Positions 39,036-49,105 of a stretch of 64,000 bases of DNA are shown in pieces. The first letter of the stretch is position 1. The number at the start of each line of letters is the position of its first letter. This stretch comes from Thermoplasmatota archaeon (GTDB taxonomy: Archaea > Thermoplasmatota > Thermoplasmata > Halarchaeoplasmatales > Halarchaeoplasmataceae). The translations under genes were made by a program, and so were the position numbers. The notes under the pieces are model-generated. The model worked only from the letters and a program-made list of their open reading frames with translations, was not told the origin of the DNA and did not search any database. The stretch is taken from assembly GCA_018334835.1 (NCBI GenBank), contig JAGXLF010000002.1, forward strand, positions 19,585 to 83,584. The letters run 5' to 3'.

Positions 39036-39341
39036 GGATCGTCCTCCATCGTTTAGTATCTAAATAACAAGGTACCAATGAATACAAACTCATGATGGGA
39101 GAACAAGAGATTACTATTTAAATATTTAATGACGTGAATTGATAGATTATATATAAACTCAAAATTATTTCTTTCTTCACATATACTTTCTTTTGACATC
39201 ATTTTGGGACTTTAAGTGAAGAGATTAAGGTGTTATCTTTCCCTGCTTGAGATCTTTAACTGTTCTATTTCATCGGAATTAAATCAGATTATTTTAAGAG
39301 TTATAACAATCTTTAAAAGTCAGAAATAAGTATCGTTAATA

Positions 39342-42300
39342 ATGATAGATGTTCCGGGTAGAGAAAAAATATTACTCTATTTGATAAAGAAGGAGAAATA
39401 CCAAGAAAAGAGGTTTTCTTCCTTCTTCTACTGCCAGGAATGGATAGCGGAAAGTGTTGAGCTCTCGCAAAACAGAACGAGTAAACTTCTTGTTGAAATG
39501 GAAGAAAATGGTCTGATAGAAATAGAATCAAGGAAGGTGAAAGGAGCTTCTCAAAAAAGATACGTTTATTTTTTAACAGAAAAAGGAAAGAAAAAAGCTG
39601 AAAAAGTCAAAAGGGACATCGAAGAAGAAAACATCAATATCAAAACAAAAGATAAAGTGGCTGAAATAGAACTCAAAGATATCGATAATTACGTCCAAGG
39701 ATCAAATCTTTATCTATTCACTCTAAACAAGATTAATCAAGACGGAGTTTTAGACCTTACCGACATAGGCGAGGAAGATTTATTCGTAAATAGAGAAAAG
39801 GAAATAAGGATGCTGAAGAATTTTCTGAAGAAAAAGGGGAATGAAAATCTCAATACTTTATTAATAGAAGGATGTGCTGGCGTTGGAAAAACTCGGCTCG
39901 TAGAAGAACTAAGAAAATATGGAAAAAATGAAGGTTTCAATTTTTATGAAGGAAAGGGTGTTTATGAATCAGTTGAATCTTTTTTCCCGTTCCGAAGAAT
40001 TTTTGATGAGATATTAGAAGAAAACCCAGAAATATTAGAAAATGAGAATATCTCACAACTTTTTAAAAATGAAGATAGCAATTGGGAGGAAGGAATTGAA
40101 GCACTAGATATTTCTATAGAGGATTTTTTTAATAAATTGAAGAATAGTTTGGAAAGTTTTTCATCGGAAAGACCGACTATCATTTTCGTGGATAACCTCC
40201 AATGGGCTGATTCGGTTTCAGTGCAATTTTTTGAATATATCACTGATGAGTTAGAAGAAAATTCAGTGGATATATTAGGGGCATATAGAAAAGAAGATAC
40301 GAAAAATCCGAATTCAGGCAGATCGATATATGATATCATACATTCGAATAATTCAAAAATTGTCGGAGTTGACCCCTTTGATTGGAGAAACACTAGGAAA
40401 TTATTGATGAGGAGGATTGGAAGAAACAATATTCCAGGTAAATTTGTCGAGATGATCTATAACCTCACTGAAGGAATTCCTTTATTCATCAATGCTATAA
40501 CCGATGAAATGTTAAATGAAGGGGTATTACAGCCCTTAAAAGATAATTATCCAGAAACATTGGGAGAGATAAAATTACCGAAGAAGGTAAATGAGCTATA
40601 TGATATTAAATTTAAAAAGTTGAACAAAAAAGAAAGGGAGGTTCTTCAATTATGCAGCTGTATCGATGATGACTTCTCTGAAGATTTGGTTATCAGTACT
40701 GCCCAGGGCGAAAATAATGAAATAGAAGAAATTATTGGAAACTTGAAAAAAGCTAACTTTTTGAAAGATCACTCAGAAAATAGATTAGATTTCACATACG
40801 AGATAACAAGGTTTACTATTTACAAAAATTTGTCGAGATCTAGACGAAAAAAACTTCATAGGAATATTGCTCAGAGTTTGAAAAAAATCGATGAAGGAAA
40901 AGTCGTAAATTATCATCTCAGACTGGGAAAGCATCTCGAGAAGATCGGTAAATTCAAAGAAGCTGTTGAATCCTATTTGAAAGGCGCTAATGAAACTGAG
41001 GAGATTTACGAAAATGACAGAGCGATAGAGCTTTACGAAAGGGCGTTAAAAATCTTAGAGAAACATCCTGTCCAAATGATTGATGAGAACAAGATCCACG
41101 AAGATCTAGCGGGTGTTTTGGAAAAAAAGGAAGATCATAGAAAAGCTTTAAATCATTTGAAAAAGGCAGAAAATAAAACTGAGGGGGAGAGAAGGCAGTT
41201 ATGTTTGAATAGGAAAATCGCGGGATGTTTGAGAGAAACAAGCCAGTATGAAAAGGCGTTAGAATATATAGAGAAGGGAGAAGGAATCCTATCAAAAATG
41301 GATCAGATGTCTTTTGATAATAAAAAAGAAAAATGTAAACTATTGAAGGAAAAGGGTATGATCTATCTGCGGAAGAATGAATTTGAGGACTGCCAAAATA
41401 TCTTTGAAAAGATGAGAGAACTATCAGACAAAATAGGATCAAAAAAGGATAAAGGAGAGGCTATTCATTATTTAGGAACTATTTCTTATTATCGATCTGA
41501 TTTTGACCGAGCAAAAGAGTACTTACAACGATCTATCGAGTTACGAGAAAAGGCAGATGATTTGGAAGGGTTAACCAAGTCTTATAACAATCTCGGCGTG
41601 GTTTTTCGAAATCTACAGGAACCTCATAAGGCTCTGGAATTTTATAAAAAAACTAATAAAATTAAAAAAGAATTAGGTTCTAGGGAAGGGGATATATCCG
41701 CCCTCGAAAACATTGGAACAATATATTTTGATTTAGGAGAATTGGACAAATCTATAGAGTACTACCAGGAGTGTTTAGAAATAGAAAAAAAGATCAAAGA
41801 TCATCATGGAATGGCCGCAACCTTGGATAATATAGGTGTAGTTTATTTTGGAAAAGGAGAATTTGATAAGGCCCTTCAATATCACGAACGAAGTTTAGAA
41901 ATGAAGAAAAGGCTGGAGAACCGGTCTGGAATTTCATTTTCTTTGTACAATATGGGATTATCTTACAGGGGAAAAGGTGAGCTTGAAAAAGCATTAGAAC
42001 TCCTCAAAGAAAGCTTGGAGATAAGAAAAGAACTAGAAGATAAATTGAATATAGGATACTCAAAATTATGGATAGGTATAGTTCACTTAGATTTGGGAAA
42101 TCTAGGAAAATCAAATGAGTATCTTAAAGACGCTTTAGATATCTTCAAAACAACGAAAAGCGACCATGGTATGGGAATGGCCCTAACTTTTTTGGGAAGA
42201 TTAAAAGTCCTTCAAAGTTCCATGGATGAGGCAAAAAAATATCTCGAGCACAGCGAAAAGATCAAATCAAAGCTAGAAGAAGAAGGATATAAATTGATGG

Positions 42301-42656
42301 TCGATCGACATCTTGCCGAGTTCTATTTGAAGAAAAATAGGTTGGAAAAATCCATCGCTCACTGTCAAGGGTCTTTGAGAAGAGCAAAACGATCAGGGAT
42401 GATGAATGAGCTCGGTAAATGCAGAAAAGTCCTTGGTAATATATATTGGGAGAAAGGGATTCTGAGAAGAGGTAAGGAAGAGTTCAAAAAGGCTGTAAAC
42501 ATCTTCGATGAAACAGGTGATAAAAAGAATAAAGCGGAAGTGATGTTAGAGTGGGGAAACAAATTGATCGAGCGGGGAGAAGAAGACAAGGGTGAGAAAA
42601 AAAGATCAGATGGTCTTAAGCTACTTGAAGAATGCCAGATAGATCTCTCCTCTTGA
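39342..42656 (+). CDS. wHTH-STAND NTPase-TPR protein
   Basis: N-terminal wHTH ('QEWIAESVELSQNRTSKLL...YFLTEKG'), GCAGVGKT, IIFVDNLQWAD, GIPLF, long TPR array. Confidence 0.88.
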   Translation: MIDVPGREKILLYLIKKEKYQEKRFSSFFYCQEWIAESVELSQNRTSKLLVEMEENGLIEIESRKVKGASQKRYVYFLTEKGKKKAEKVKRDIEEENINIKTKDKVAEIELKDIDNYVQGSNLYLFTLNKINQDGVLDLTDIGEEDLFVNREKEIRMLKNFLKKKGNENLNTLLIEGCAGVGKTRLVEELRKYGKNEGFNFYEGKGVYESVESFFPFRRIFDEILEENPEILENENISQLFKNEDSNWEEGIEALDISIEDFFNKLKNSLESFSSERPTIIFVDNLQWADSVSVQFFEYITDELEENSVDILGAYRKEDTKNPNSGRSIYDIIHSNNSKIVGVDPFDWRNTRKLLMRRIGRNNIPGKFVEMIYNLTEGIPLFINAITDEMLNEGVLQPLKDNYPETLGEIKLPKKVNELYDIKFKKLNKKEREVLQLCSCIDDDFSEDLVISTAQGENNEIEEIIGNLKKANFLKDHSENRLDFTYEITRFTIYKNLSRSRRKKLHRNIAQSLKKIDEGKVVNYHLRLGKHLEKIGKFKEAVESYLKGANETEEIYENDRAIELYERALKILEKHPVQMIDENKIHEDLAGVLEKKEDHRKALNHLKKAENKTEGERRQLCLNRKIAGCLRETSQYEKALEYIEKGEGILSKMDQMSFDNKKEKCKLLKEKGMIYLRKNEFEDCQNIFEKMRELSDKIGSKKDKGEAIHYLGTISYYRSDFDRAKEYLQRSIELREKADDLEGLTKSYNNLGVVFRNLQEPHKALEFYKKTNKIKKELGSREGDISALENIGTIYFDLGELDKSIEYYQECLEIEKKIKDHHGMAATLDNIGVVYFGKGEFDKALQYHERSLEMKKRLENRSGISFSLYNMGLSYRGKGELEKALELLKESLEIRKELEDKLNIGYSKLWIGIVHLDLGNLGKSNEYLKDALDIFKTTKSDHGMGMALTFLGRLKVLQSSMDEAKKYLEHSEKIKSKLEEEGYKLMVDRHLAEFYLKKNRLEKSIAHCQGSLRRAKRSGMMNELGKCRKVLGNIYWEKGILRRGKEEFKKAVNIFDETGDKKNKAEVMLEWGNKLIERGEEDKGEKKRSDGLKLLEECQIDLSS

Positions 42657-42727
42657 TGATCTAAGAAGAGAATTTATTTAGATGATATCGTAATCTTTTT
42701 ATTTGTTATTAGATTAAAGCTGGGTAG

Positions 42728-43987
42728 ATGTTAGATCATAAAAAATTGATGTTGTTCCGATTCTCATCCTATGGCTTCTTAAAAAATCTGAGATTCTTCG
42801 AGCCTTTTCTTTATCTCTTTTTCTTAGCTAACGGCCTAACTTACCTCCAGATTGGTTTTTTGATTTCCATTCGAGAAACATCTACTCTATTATTAGAGAC
42901 TCCAACTGGAATAATAGCCGATCTAACGGGCAGAAGGAAAGCAATGGCTACAGCCTTTGCCTCTTATATCGTTTCTTTTATTGTTTTTTACTTTTTCAGT
43001 TCTTTCCTGCTGTTCATACCAGCAATGCTCTTATTCGCTTTAGGAGAGACCTTCCGTTCCGGAACTCATAAGTCGATGATAATGGAACATCTAGACGAAG
43101 AAGGGATGTCGGACCAAAAAGTCCAGTATTACGGTAAGACAAGATCCGCTTCTAGATTAGGTTCTGCAGTCTCAGCCGTCCTAGCCGGAGTAATAGTTTA
43201 CCATTTCCAGAACTATAATATCGTATTTCTCGTTACAATTTTTCCTTACATAATAGCTTTCTTCTTGATGCTCAGTTATCCTAAAAGTCTAGACGGAGAA
43301 CCTTCCGGAGTCTCTTTCGATAGCACTATTAGTCACTTAAAAGGGAGTTTAAGACAATTTTTTGATCATCCGAAACTAGGAAAGATGATGGCAAACGCCT
43401 CTATTTACGATTCTTTCTTTAAGATCTCTAAAGACTACCTTTCTCCCATCATTCGAAGCTTCGCCGTTGGTCTTCCCTTCCTGCTCTATATCGAAAATAA
43501 TGACCAGCGAACCGCTATTCTAGTCGGGGTTATCTATTTTTTCGTATATATGAACAGTTTCATTTCTTCTAGGAAATCGGCTTCATTGATGGAAAGAACA
43601 GGGAATATGTCAAAAGCTCTGAATCTTCTCTACTTCATAATGGCTTCAGCTTTCTTAGCTGTCGCTATTTTCCTATACCTCAATGTAACTTTGCTCGCCA
43701 TCGCCGCATTCTTCTTTTTCTTCACCTTATATAATCTGAGAAAACCGATGGTGGTAGGTTATCTAGGTGATATAATAGAACCCGATACTAGAGCTACTCT
43801 CTTGAGCGGCCATAACCAACTCCGCTCTGTGGTAGGAATGATAATCGCTCCAATCCTGGGCTTTCTAGCCGATACGTTTGGGATAAGTATGGCCTTCTTC
43901 TTCGGGGCCTTGGTGCTCATCATTATCGGTTTGGTACTTCCGGTAAAAGAAGTCAAAAGACGGGTTAAACGAGATCATTCTAGATGA
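42728..43987 (+). CDS. MFS transporter
   Basis: About 12 TM; 'ETPTGIIADLTGRR' motif A. Confidence 0.9.
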   Translation: MLDHKKLMLFRFSSYGFLKNLRFFEPFLYLFFLANGLTYLQIGFLISIRETSTLLLETPTGIIADLTGRRKAMATAFASYIVSFIVFYFFSSFLLFIPAMLLFALGETFRSGTHKSMIMEHLDEEGMSDQKVQYYGKTRSASRLGSAVSAVLAGVIVYHFQNYNIVFLVTIFPYIIAFFLMLSYPKSLDGEPSGVSFDSTISHLKGSLRQFFDHPKLGKMMANASIYDSFFKISKDYLSPIIRSFAVGLPFLLYIENNDQRTAILVGVIYFFVYMNSFISSRKSASLMERTGNMSKALNLLYFIMASAFLAVAIFLYLNVTLLAIAAFFFFFTLYNLRKPMVVGYLGDIIEPDTRATLLSGHNQLRSVVGMIIAPILGFLADTFGISMAFFFGALVLIIIGLVLPVKEVKRRVKRDHSR

Positions 43988-45111
43988 ACTCCGGCTTGTA
44001 CCTCCACGAGCCTATATTCTCTGTAACCCTGTACCACTTTCATATACCCCTTTTCGCTGATCTTCTTATCTAATTCTTCGTCACCTGTGTCGGCTCTCAA
44101 GTTAGCGGTCTTTTTCAGTTTAGTGGGAGTTGAGAGTATATAGATATTGTCAAGCCCGGCTTTTTTAACTACCTTAGGACTGATCTGTTGATTTCCTCTC
44201 CCCAGGAAAAAACCCTGATTGCCTATCATCGAGACTATTATTTTTAGACCAGACGCTTCCTCACTCTGTTCTAAAATCTCTTTTTCAGCAACATCTAACT
44301 CCACGATCTCTTTGTTCTTTATCAAATCGACTCCTAAAATCGTGTAATCTAAACCTAAAACTTTCTGTATTTCAGCAGTAGTAGAACCTGGCCCAAGAAC
44401 GAAAAGATGACCCGGGTTTTCTTCCATCTCATCTATCAAAAAATGTGCGATATCTCTTTTCTGATCTTCTTGATCGACTGATCTAAAACTCTGTTTTCCA
44501 AGCTGTATGTAATGCGGTTCGTAGATGCTGAGAGCCTGGCCATGCATCTTTATCTCCCAATCACCTTCTCTGTACTTCTCTTCATCTAGGTCCATTATCT
44601 CTACTTCACCAGTATCGGCTTTACCGTCTACGAAATCGTTGAAGAGCTGGGCACTCCCCTCCGGGTTTATACCGAAGCAGCCGCTGTGCATTTTGACACC
44701 TGCAGGTATCCCCAATATAGGTTTTTCTTTGTCGACCTCTTCGTAGATATCTCTAGCCGTACCATCTCCTCCACAGAAGACTATCAGGTCGACATGCTTA
44801 TCTATGAATCTTCGAACCACTTCATGGGTCTCCTCGGCTTTTGTTCTACCGATACTATCTTTTTTCGGCTCGTAAACGACGTTTATTTTCTGTCCTTCAA
44901 AGTACTGTTTCAGGGAACTCTCACCCATCACTCCCCCGGCCGTAAACCAAGTATGCTCTCCCTTCATATTCTGGAGTGATTCTTCGGCTCTTTTCGTTGC
45001 TACGGGCTCAGCCCCGAGTTCCACAGCCTTTTCATAAACTCCGTCCGTGCCTTTCAAACCAACTTTTCCGCCCATCCCAGCTATCGGATTGATCACGAAT
45101 CCAACTCTCAT
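43975..45111 (-). CDS. ATP-NAD kinase-family protein (AcoX-like)
   Basis: 'NPIAGMGG.VGLKGTDG', 'GGDGTARD', 'GVKMHSG'. Confidence 0.85.
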   Translation of the reverse strand: MRVGFVINPIAGMGGKVGLKGTDGVYEKAVELGAEPVATKRAEESLQNMKGEHTWFTAGGVMGESSLKQYFEGQKINVVYEPKKDSIGRTKAEETHEVVRRFIDKHVDLIVFCGGDGTARDIYEEVDKEKPILGIPAGVKMHSGCFGINPEGSAQLFNDFVDGKADTGEVEIMDLDEEKYREGDWEIKMHGQALSIYEPHYIQLGKQSFRSVDQEDQKRDIAHFLIDEMEENPGHLFVLGPGSTTAEIQKVLGLDYTILGVDLIKNKEIVELDVAEKEILEQSEEASGLKIIVSMIGNQGFFLGRGNQQISPKVVKKAGLDNIYILSTPTKLKKTANLRADTGDEELDKKISEKGYMKVVQGYREYRLVEVQAGVHLE

Positions 45112-45213
45112 ATTCTCATTCCTATATAGTAGTTGAAAAGATAAGGTTTTTGATTGTGATAAGAATTTAAAAAGATTTATTGCACTTCTCTTTATTTAGG
45201 AGCAAGAAGAGAA

Positions 45214-46605
45214 ATGAAAGATAGATTATCAAGATTGATAGAGAAAAGCGGAGGAGATTACGTCGAAGCCAGGTATCACAAAAGGGACGAGAAGCTCATC
45301 GATATAAGCAAGGGCGAAGTGGAGGACGTTCATTCTAAATTGTTAGCAGGAGTTGGTATAAGAGTTCTGAAAGAAGGTGCCTGGGGATTCAGCAGTACGA
45401 GTAAATTGAACGACAAAGCATTAGATAAAACTCTAAAAAAGGCTGAGAAGTCAGCTGAGATGTGTGCCCAGGCCAAAAAGGAAAAGATAGAAGGGCTGAG
45501 AGAAGGAAAGATAGCTGAAGGAAGGTATGAAGCGGAGGTGAATGACTCCGCAAAGAACCACAGCATGGAAGAGAAGATGAAAATGGTCAGAGAGAACGAG
45601 GAGAGAATAAGGAAGGAAGACAAGATCAGCTCTGGAAGGTGCAGATGGCACGAGATGCATGATGATAAATTCATCGTGAATTCCTACGGAAGCGAAGCGG
45701 AGCTTTCGGATGAGAAGTTGGTGTACTATGTTCAAGCGTTCTCGTTGGATAACGGGGAGAGGATACAGGGTAGAGAGGCTAAAGGCGTGACCGGCGGCTG
45801 GAAAGATATCTTTGACGAAGAGAGTCCGGAAGAGATGGCCATGGGTGCCGTGAAAGACGCCCAGGAGCTATTAAAGGCGGACCATCCAGAAGGGGGAAGA
45901 GCAACTGTGGTACTCAACCCGGAGCTAGTAGCTCTGCTCTCACACGAGGCGATAGGTCATACGGTAGAAGCGGATTGGGTCCTTTCCGGTTCCATAGTCA
46001 AAGGAAAGATCGGTGAGAAAGTTGCTAGTGAAATGGTAACGCTGGTCGATGACGGTACCGCTACTCCTCATGCTGGTGGTTGGGTCCCGATAGACGATGA
46101 AGGTTCTGAAGCGGAGAGGACCGAGATAATCAAGGACGGAGTTCTGAAGAATTACCTATGCGATAGGGAAACCGCCAATATTTTGAATATGAAGCCCATG
46201 GGGAATTCTAGAGCGTTTGAATACTCCGATCAGCCCATAGTCAGGATGACCAATACATTCATCGATCCAGGAGACCGGAAGCCGGAAGAACTTGTAGAAG
46301 AAATTGACGACGGCTTTTACTTAGAGGGTGCTGAAGGCGGTCAGGCCGACGCCAACGCGGAGTTCATGTTCGGTGTTCAAAAAGCTTATAGGATTGAGAA
46401 CGGGGAGAAGACCGATCTTCTGAGAGGAGTTTCTATCTCCGGTTCAGCTTTTGACGTACTTAAGAGCGTAGACGCTGTAGCAGATGATTTTAAGCTTGAT
46501 ATGGGTGCCGGTTACTGTGGCAAAACGCAGATGGCAAAAGTAGACGGCGGAGGGCCCCATATAAGGTGTAAAACTATGATCGGCGGTAAACAGGAGGGGA
46601 AATAG
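45214..46605 (+). CDS. tldD: TldD metalloprotease
   Basis: HEAIGH metal motif, 'RMTNTF', 'CGK.Q...GGP'. Confidence 0.9.
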   Translation: MKDRLSRLIEKSGGDYVEARYHKRDEKLIDISKGEVEDVHSKLLAGVGIRVLKEGAWGFSSTSKLNDKALDKTLKKAEKSAEMCAQAKKEKIEGLREGKIAEGRYEAEVNDSAKNHSMEEKMKMVRENEERIRKEDKISSGRCRWHEMHDDKFIVNSYGSEAELSDEKLVYYVQAFSLDNGERIQGREAKGVTGGWKDIFDEESPEEMAMGAVKDAQELLKADHPEGGRATVVLNPELVALLSHEAIGHTVEADWVLSGSIVKGKIGEKVASEMVTLVDDGTATPHAGGWVPIDDEGSEAERTEIIKDGVLKNYLCDRETANILNMKPMGNSRAFEYSDQPIVRMTNTFIDPGDRKPEELVEEIDDGFYLEGAEGGQADANAEFMFGVQKAYRIENGEKTDLLRGVSISGSAFDVLKSVDAVADDFKLDMGAGYCGKTQMAKVDGGGPHIRCKTMIGGKQEGK

Positions 46606-47964
46606 ATGTCTGAATTGTTGGCTTTAGGAGACACTCTCGTTAAAAGAGCCAAAGAGAACGGTGCTGAGGAAGCTGAAGTGTACATTGTGAGTAAAGAGAA
46701 GGATGATGTGAATATAGAAAAGAACCAGATTCAGATCGGTAAATCCATGGAGAAGGAAGAAGTCGGGATAAGATTATTGGTAGGAGATAGGATCGGTTTC
46801 GCCTCTGTTAACAGTTTCGAAAAGGACGATATACTGCCGAAAGTCAAAGAGGCGATTAGTATCGCTAAAACCTCAGTCGAAAACGAAAACAATATCATCC
46901 CAGAGCCCAATAAGATAGAGAATAAAAATAAAGTGTTTGATCCTAAGTCGGAGAATTTTGATACTGAGGATAGTTTGGGATATGCCAAGAGGATGCTTGA
47001 ATCCGCTAAAGATTACGACAGTAGGATTCAGATAAGTACTGGTGTCTTTATTGCCGACGTCAAAGACAGAGCGATCGTTAATTCGAAAGGTATTCAAGCT
47101 CAAGAAAAAAGTAGTAACTTCACTTACTATGCCGTAGGCATGGCTGTAGATGGTAAAGAGGTATCTAGCTTCGATTTCAAGATGGATGGGACCCATTACA
47201 TAGACGAAATCAATGTAGAAAATCTAGGAAGGAGTATAGCCGAAAGTACAGTAAACTCTCTTGGAGCTAAAAAGGCGGAGAACTTCGAGGGCCCAGCTAT
47301 CTTTACTCCTTACAGTTTGATGGGAATTTTTCACTTCGCGTTGTCTCAGTCCCTGCAGGCCAATAGGGTGCAAAAAGGCATGAGTAAATTCAAAGGAAAG
47401 ATAGGCGAGCAAGTGGCTGACTCCAGACTCACTGTGAGAGACGATTCGAAGATGGAAGGCGGATTCGGATGCCGTTCCTTCGATAGAGAAGGGCTTCCCA
47501 CACCTCCTATTAACATGATAAAAGAAGGAAATCTAAAGAATTTCTACCACAATTCATACACCGCGAATAAAGAAGGTAAGGAATCTACTGGTCACGCATC
47601 CGGTGGTCCCGATCAGCCTCCGAAGATAGGTCCATCCAATTTGGTCGTCACTACCGGTAAAAAGTCAAGAAATGAACTGGTAGAAGAGATCGATAAAGGT
47701 ATACTCGTCAACAGATTCTCTGGTAATATCGACCCGGTGACCGGTGATCTATCCGGAGCGGTGAAAGGAGGCCACATGATAGAAAACGGGGAGAAGAAAT
47801 TTCCCGTAAAAGAGACAATGATCTCAGGGAACATATTCGAGATGTTAACGAATATCACCGGCATCTCAAAAGAGAGAACATCTTTCCCAACGCTCATGGG
47901 AAGCCAGTCATACCTCTTCCTTCCGTTCATGAGGTTTCAAGGTCTATCCTTCACCTCCGATTAA
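46606..47964 (+). CDS. pmbA: PmbA/TldE subunit
   Basis: 'FDREG', 'STGHA', no HExxxH; directly abuts tldD. Confidence 0.88.
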   Translation: MSELLALGDTLVKRAKENGAEEAEVYIVSKEKDDVNIEKNQIQIGKSMEKEEVGIRLLVGDRIGFASVNSFEKDDILPKVKEAISIAKTSVENENNIIPEPNKIENKNKVFDPKSENFDTEDSLGYAKRMLESAKDYDSRIQISTGVFIADVKDRAIVNSKGIQAQEKSSNFTYYAVGMAVDGKEVSSFDFKMDGTHYIDEINVENLGRSIAESTVNSLGAKKAENFEGPAIFTPYSLMGIFHFALSQSLQANRVQKGMSKFKGKIGEQVADSRLTVRDDSKMEGGFGCRSFDREGLPTPPINMIKEGNLKNFYHNSYTANKEGKESTGHASGGPDQPPKIGPSNLVVTTGKKSRNELVEEIDKGILVNRFSGNIDPVTGDLSGAVKGGHMIENGEKKFPVKETMISGNIFEMLTNITGISKERTSFPTLMGSQSYLFLPFMRFQGLSFTSD

Positions 47965-47997
47965 AACCTTTATACAGCTTAGACAATGAGGTTAAAC

Positions 47998-48630
47998 ATG
48001 AAGATAACCGAGATATTCCATTCGCTACAAGGCGAAGGGATCAAGATAGGCTTACCTACCACCTTTGTCAGAACTTCTAGCTGCAATCTTAGGTGCGAGT
48101 GGTGCGATACCAGATACGCTTGGGAAGGTGGAGAAGAGATGGATATCTCAGAGATCATGGAGAAAATAGATGAGATAGGTTGTTCTCGGGTCTGCATCAC
48201 AGGGGGAGAACCTCTGCTTCAAGACGATATCCTTTCACTGATCGATCAATTGCTTGAAAATTACGAGATAAGCGTCGAGACCAACGGTTCTATCGATATA
48301 TCTGAACTGGTAGAAAGAGATTTGATGGTCTCTATGGATTACAAAACTCCTTCCTCTAAGATGAATAACAAGATGAGAAAGGAAAACCTTAATCTTTTAA
48401 GAAAAACGGATCAGCTGAAATTTGTTATCTCTGACAAAAAAGATTACAATTTCAGTCTAAATGTAATAGAAAGTTTTGATCTTGAATGCAAGACCATCTT
48501 TCAGCCGGTCGAGGAAGGGGATTTAGATATAAAAGAGCTTGCCGAATCCGTTCTAGAGGATGGTCTAGATGTGAGAGTCTTACCACAGTTGCACAAGATA
48601 ATTTGGAAGGAGGAAGAGGGTTCATTCTAG
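47998..48630 (+). CDS. queE: 7-carboxy-7-deazaguanine synthase (radical SAM)
   Basis: 'EIFHSLQGEG', CNLRCEWCDT, 'TGGEP', 'QLHK'. Confidence 0.88.
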   Translation: MKITEIFHSLQGEGIKIGLPTTFVRTSSCNLRCEWCDTRYAWEGGEEMDISEIMEKIDEIGCSRVCITGGEPLLQDDILSLIDQLLENYEISVETNGSIDISELVERDLMVSMDYKTPSSKMNNKMRKENLNLLRKTDQLKFVISDKKDYNFSLNVIESFDLECKTIFQPVEEGDLDIKELAESVLEDGLDVRVLPQLHKIIWKEEEGSF

Positions 48631-48638
48631 AAATCTTT

Positions 48639-49022
48639 CTAGAATAACTTTTCATCATATTTCCAATATAGGATCACGGTAGCTCCGGCTAAAATGGTCA
48701 AGACACCAATTAGTACTTTTCTAAAAACAGAAGACCTCAAAATAGAAGAAGCTCCTTCTTCTGAATCTTCATCATCTTCTTTTTCGTTCTTTTCTTTTTT
48801 GTCATCGACCTCCTCGAAGCTTGCAGTTATCTCGGTGTCGTTCTTCATCGTTACTGAAGTCTCCATTCCGTTTTCTTCGAAGTCTTCCCATCCTGAGAAC
48901 TCCCATCCTTCTGCAGGAATCGCTTTTAGATCTATATTTTCATCTTCCTCATAATTCCTTTTCAACTCATCTTCAACTGCTTTACCATCCACTTTTACAA
49001 TACCTTCACCATCGACAATCAC
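48639..49022 (-). pseudogene. Remnant: single InlB-B-like repeat, acidic linker and C-terminal TM anchor
   Basis: 'YEEDENIDLKAIPAEGWEFSGW...ITASF'; no signal peptide; in-frame TAA four codons upstream of the GTG. Confidence 0.5.
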
Positions 49023-49105
49023 AATTAAACTTTAATATATGATTTACCCGCCTATTTTAATCCGGGAGAACAGACTTTTTATTTAGGCCCTCATTAACAA
49101 AAAAT

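Noticed and set aside
36110-42728. Integrative element at tRNA-Val
   Set aside because: No integrase and no duplicated tRNA 3' end (att site) were found by eye; only compositional evidence
45214-47964. RiPP cluster around tldD/pmbA
   Set aside because: No precursor peptide, YcaO or other modification enzyme nearby; the radical SAM gene is QueE-like
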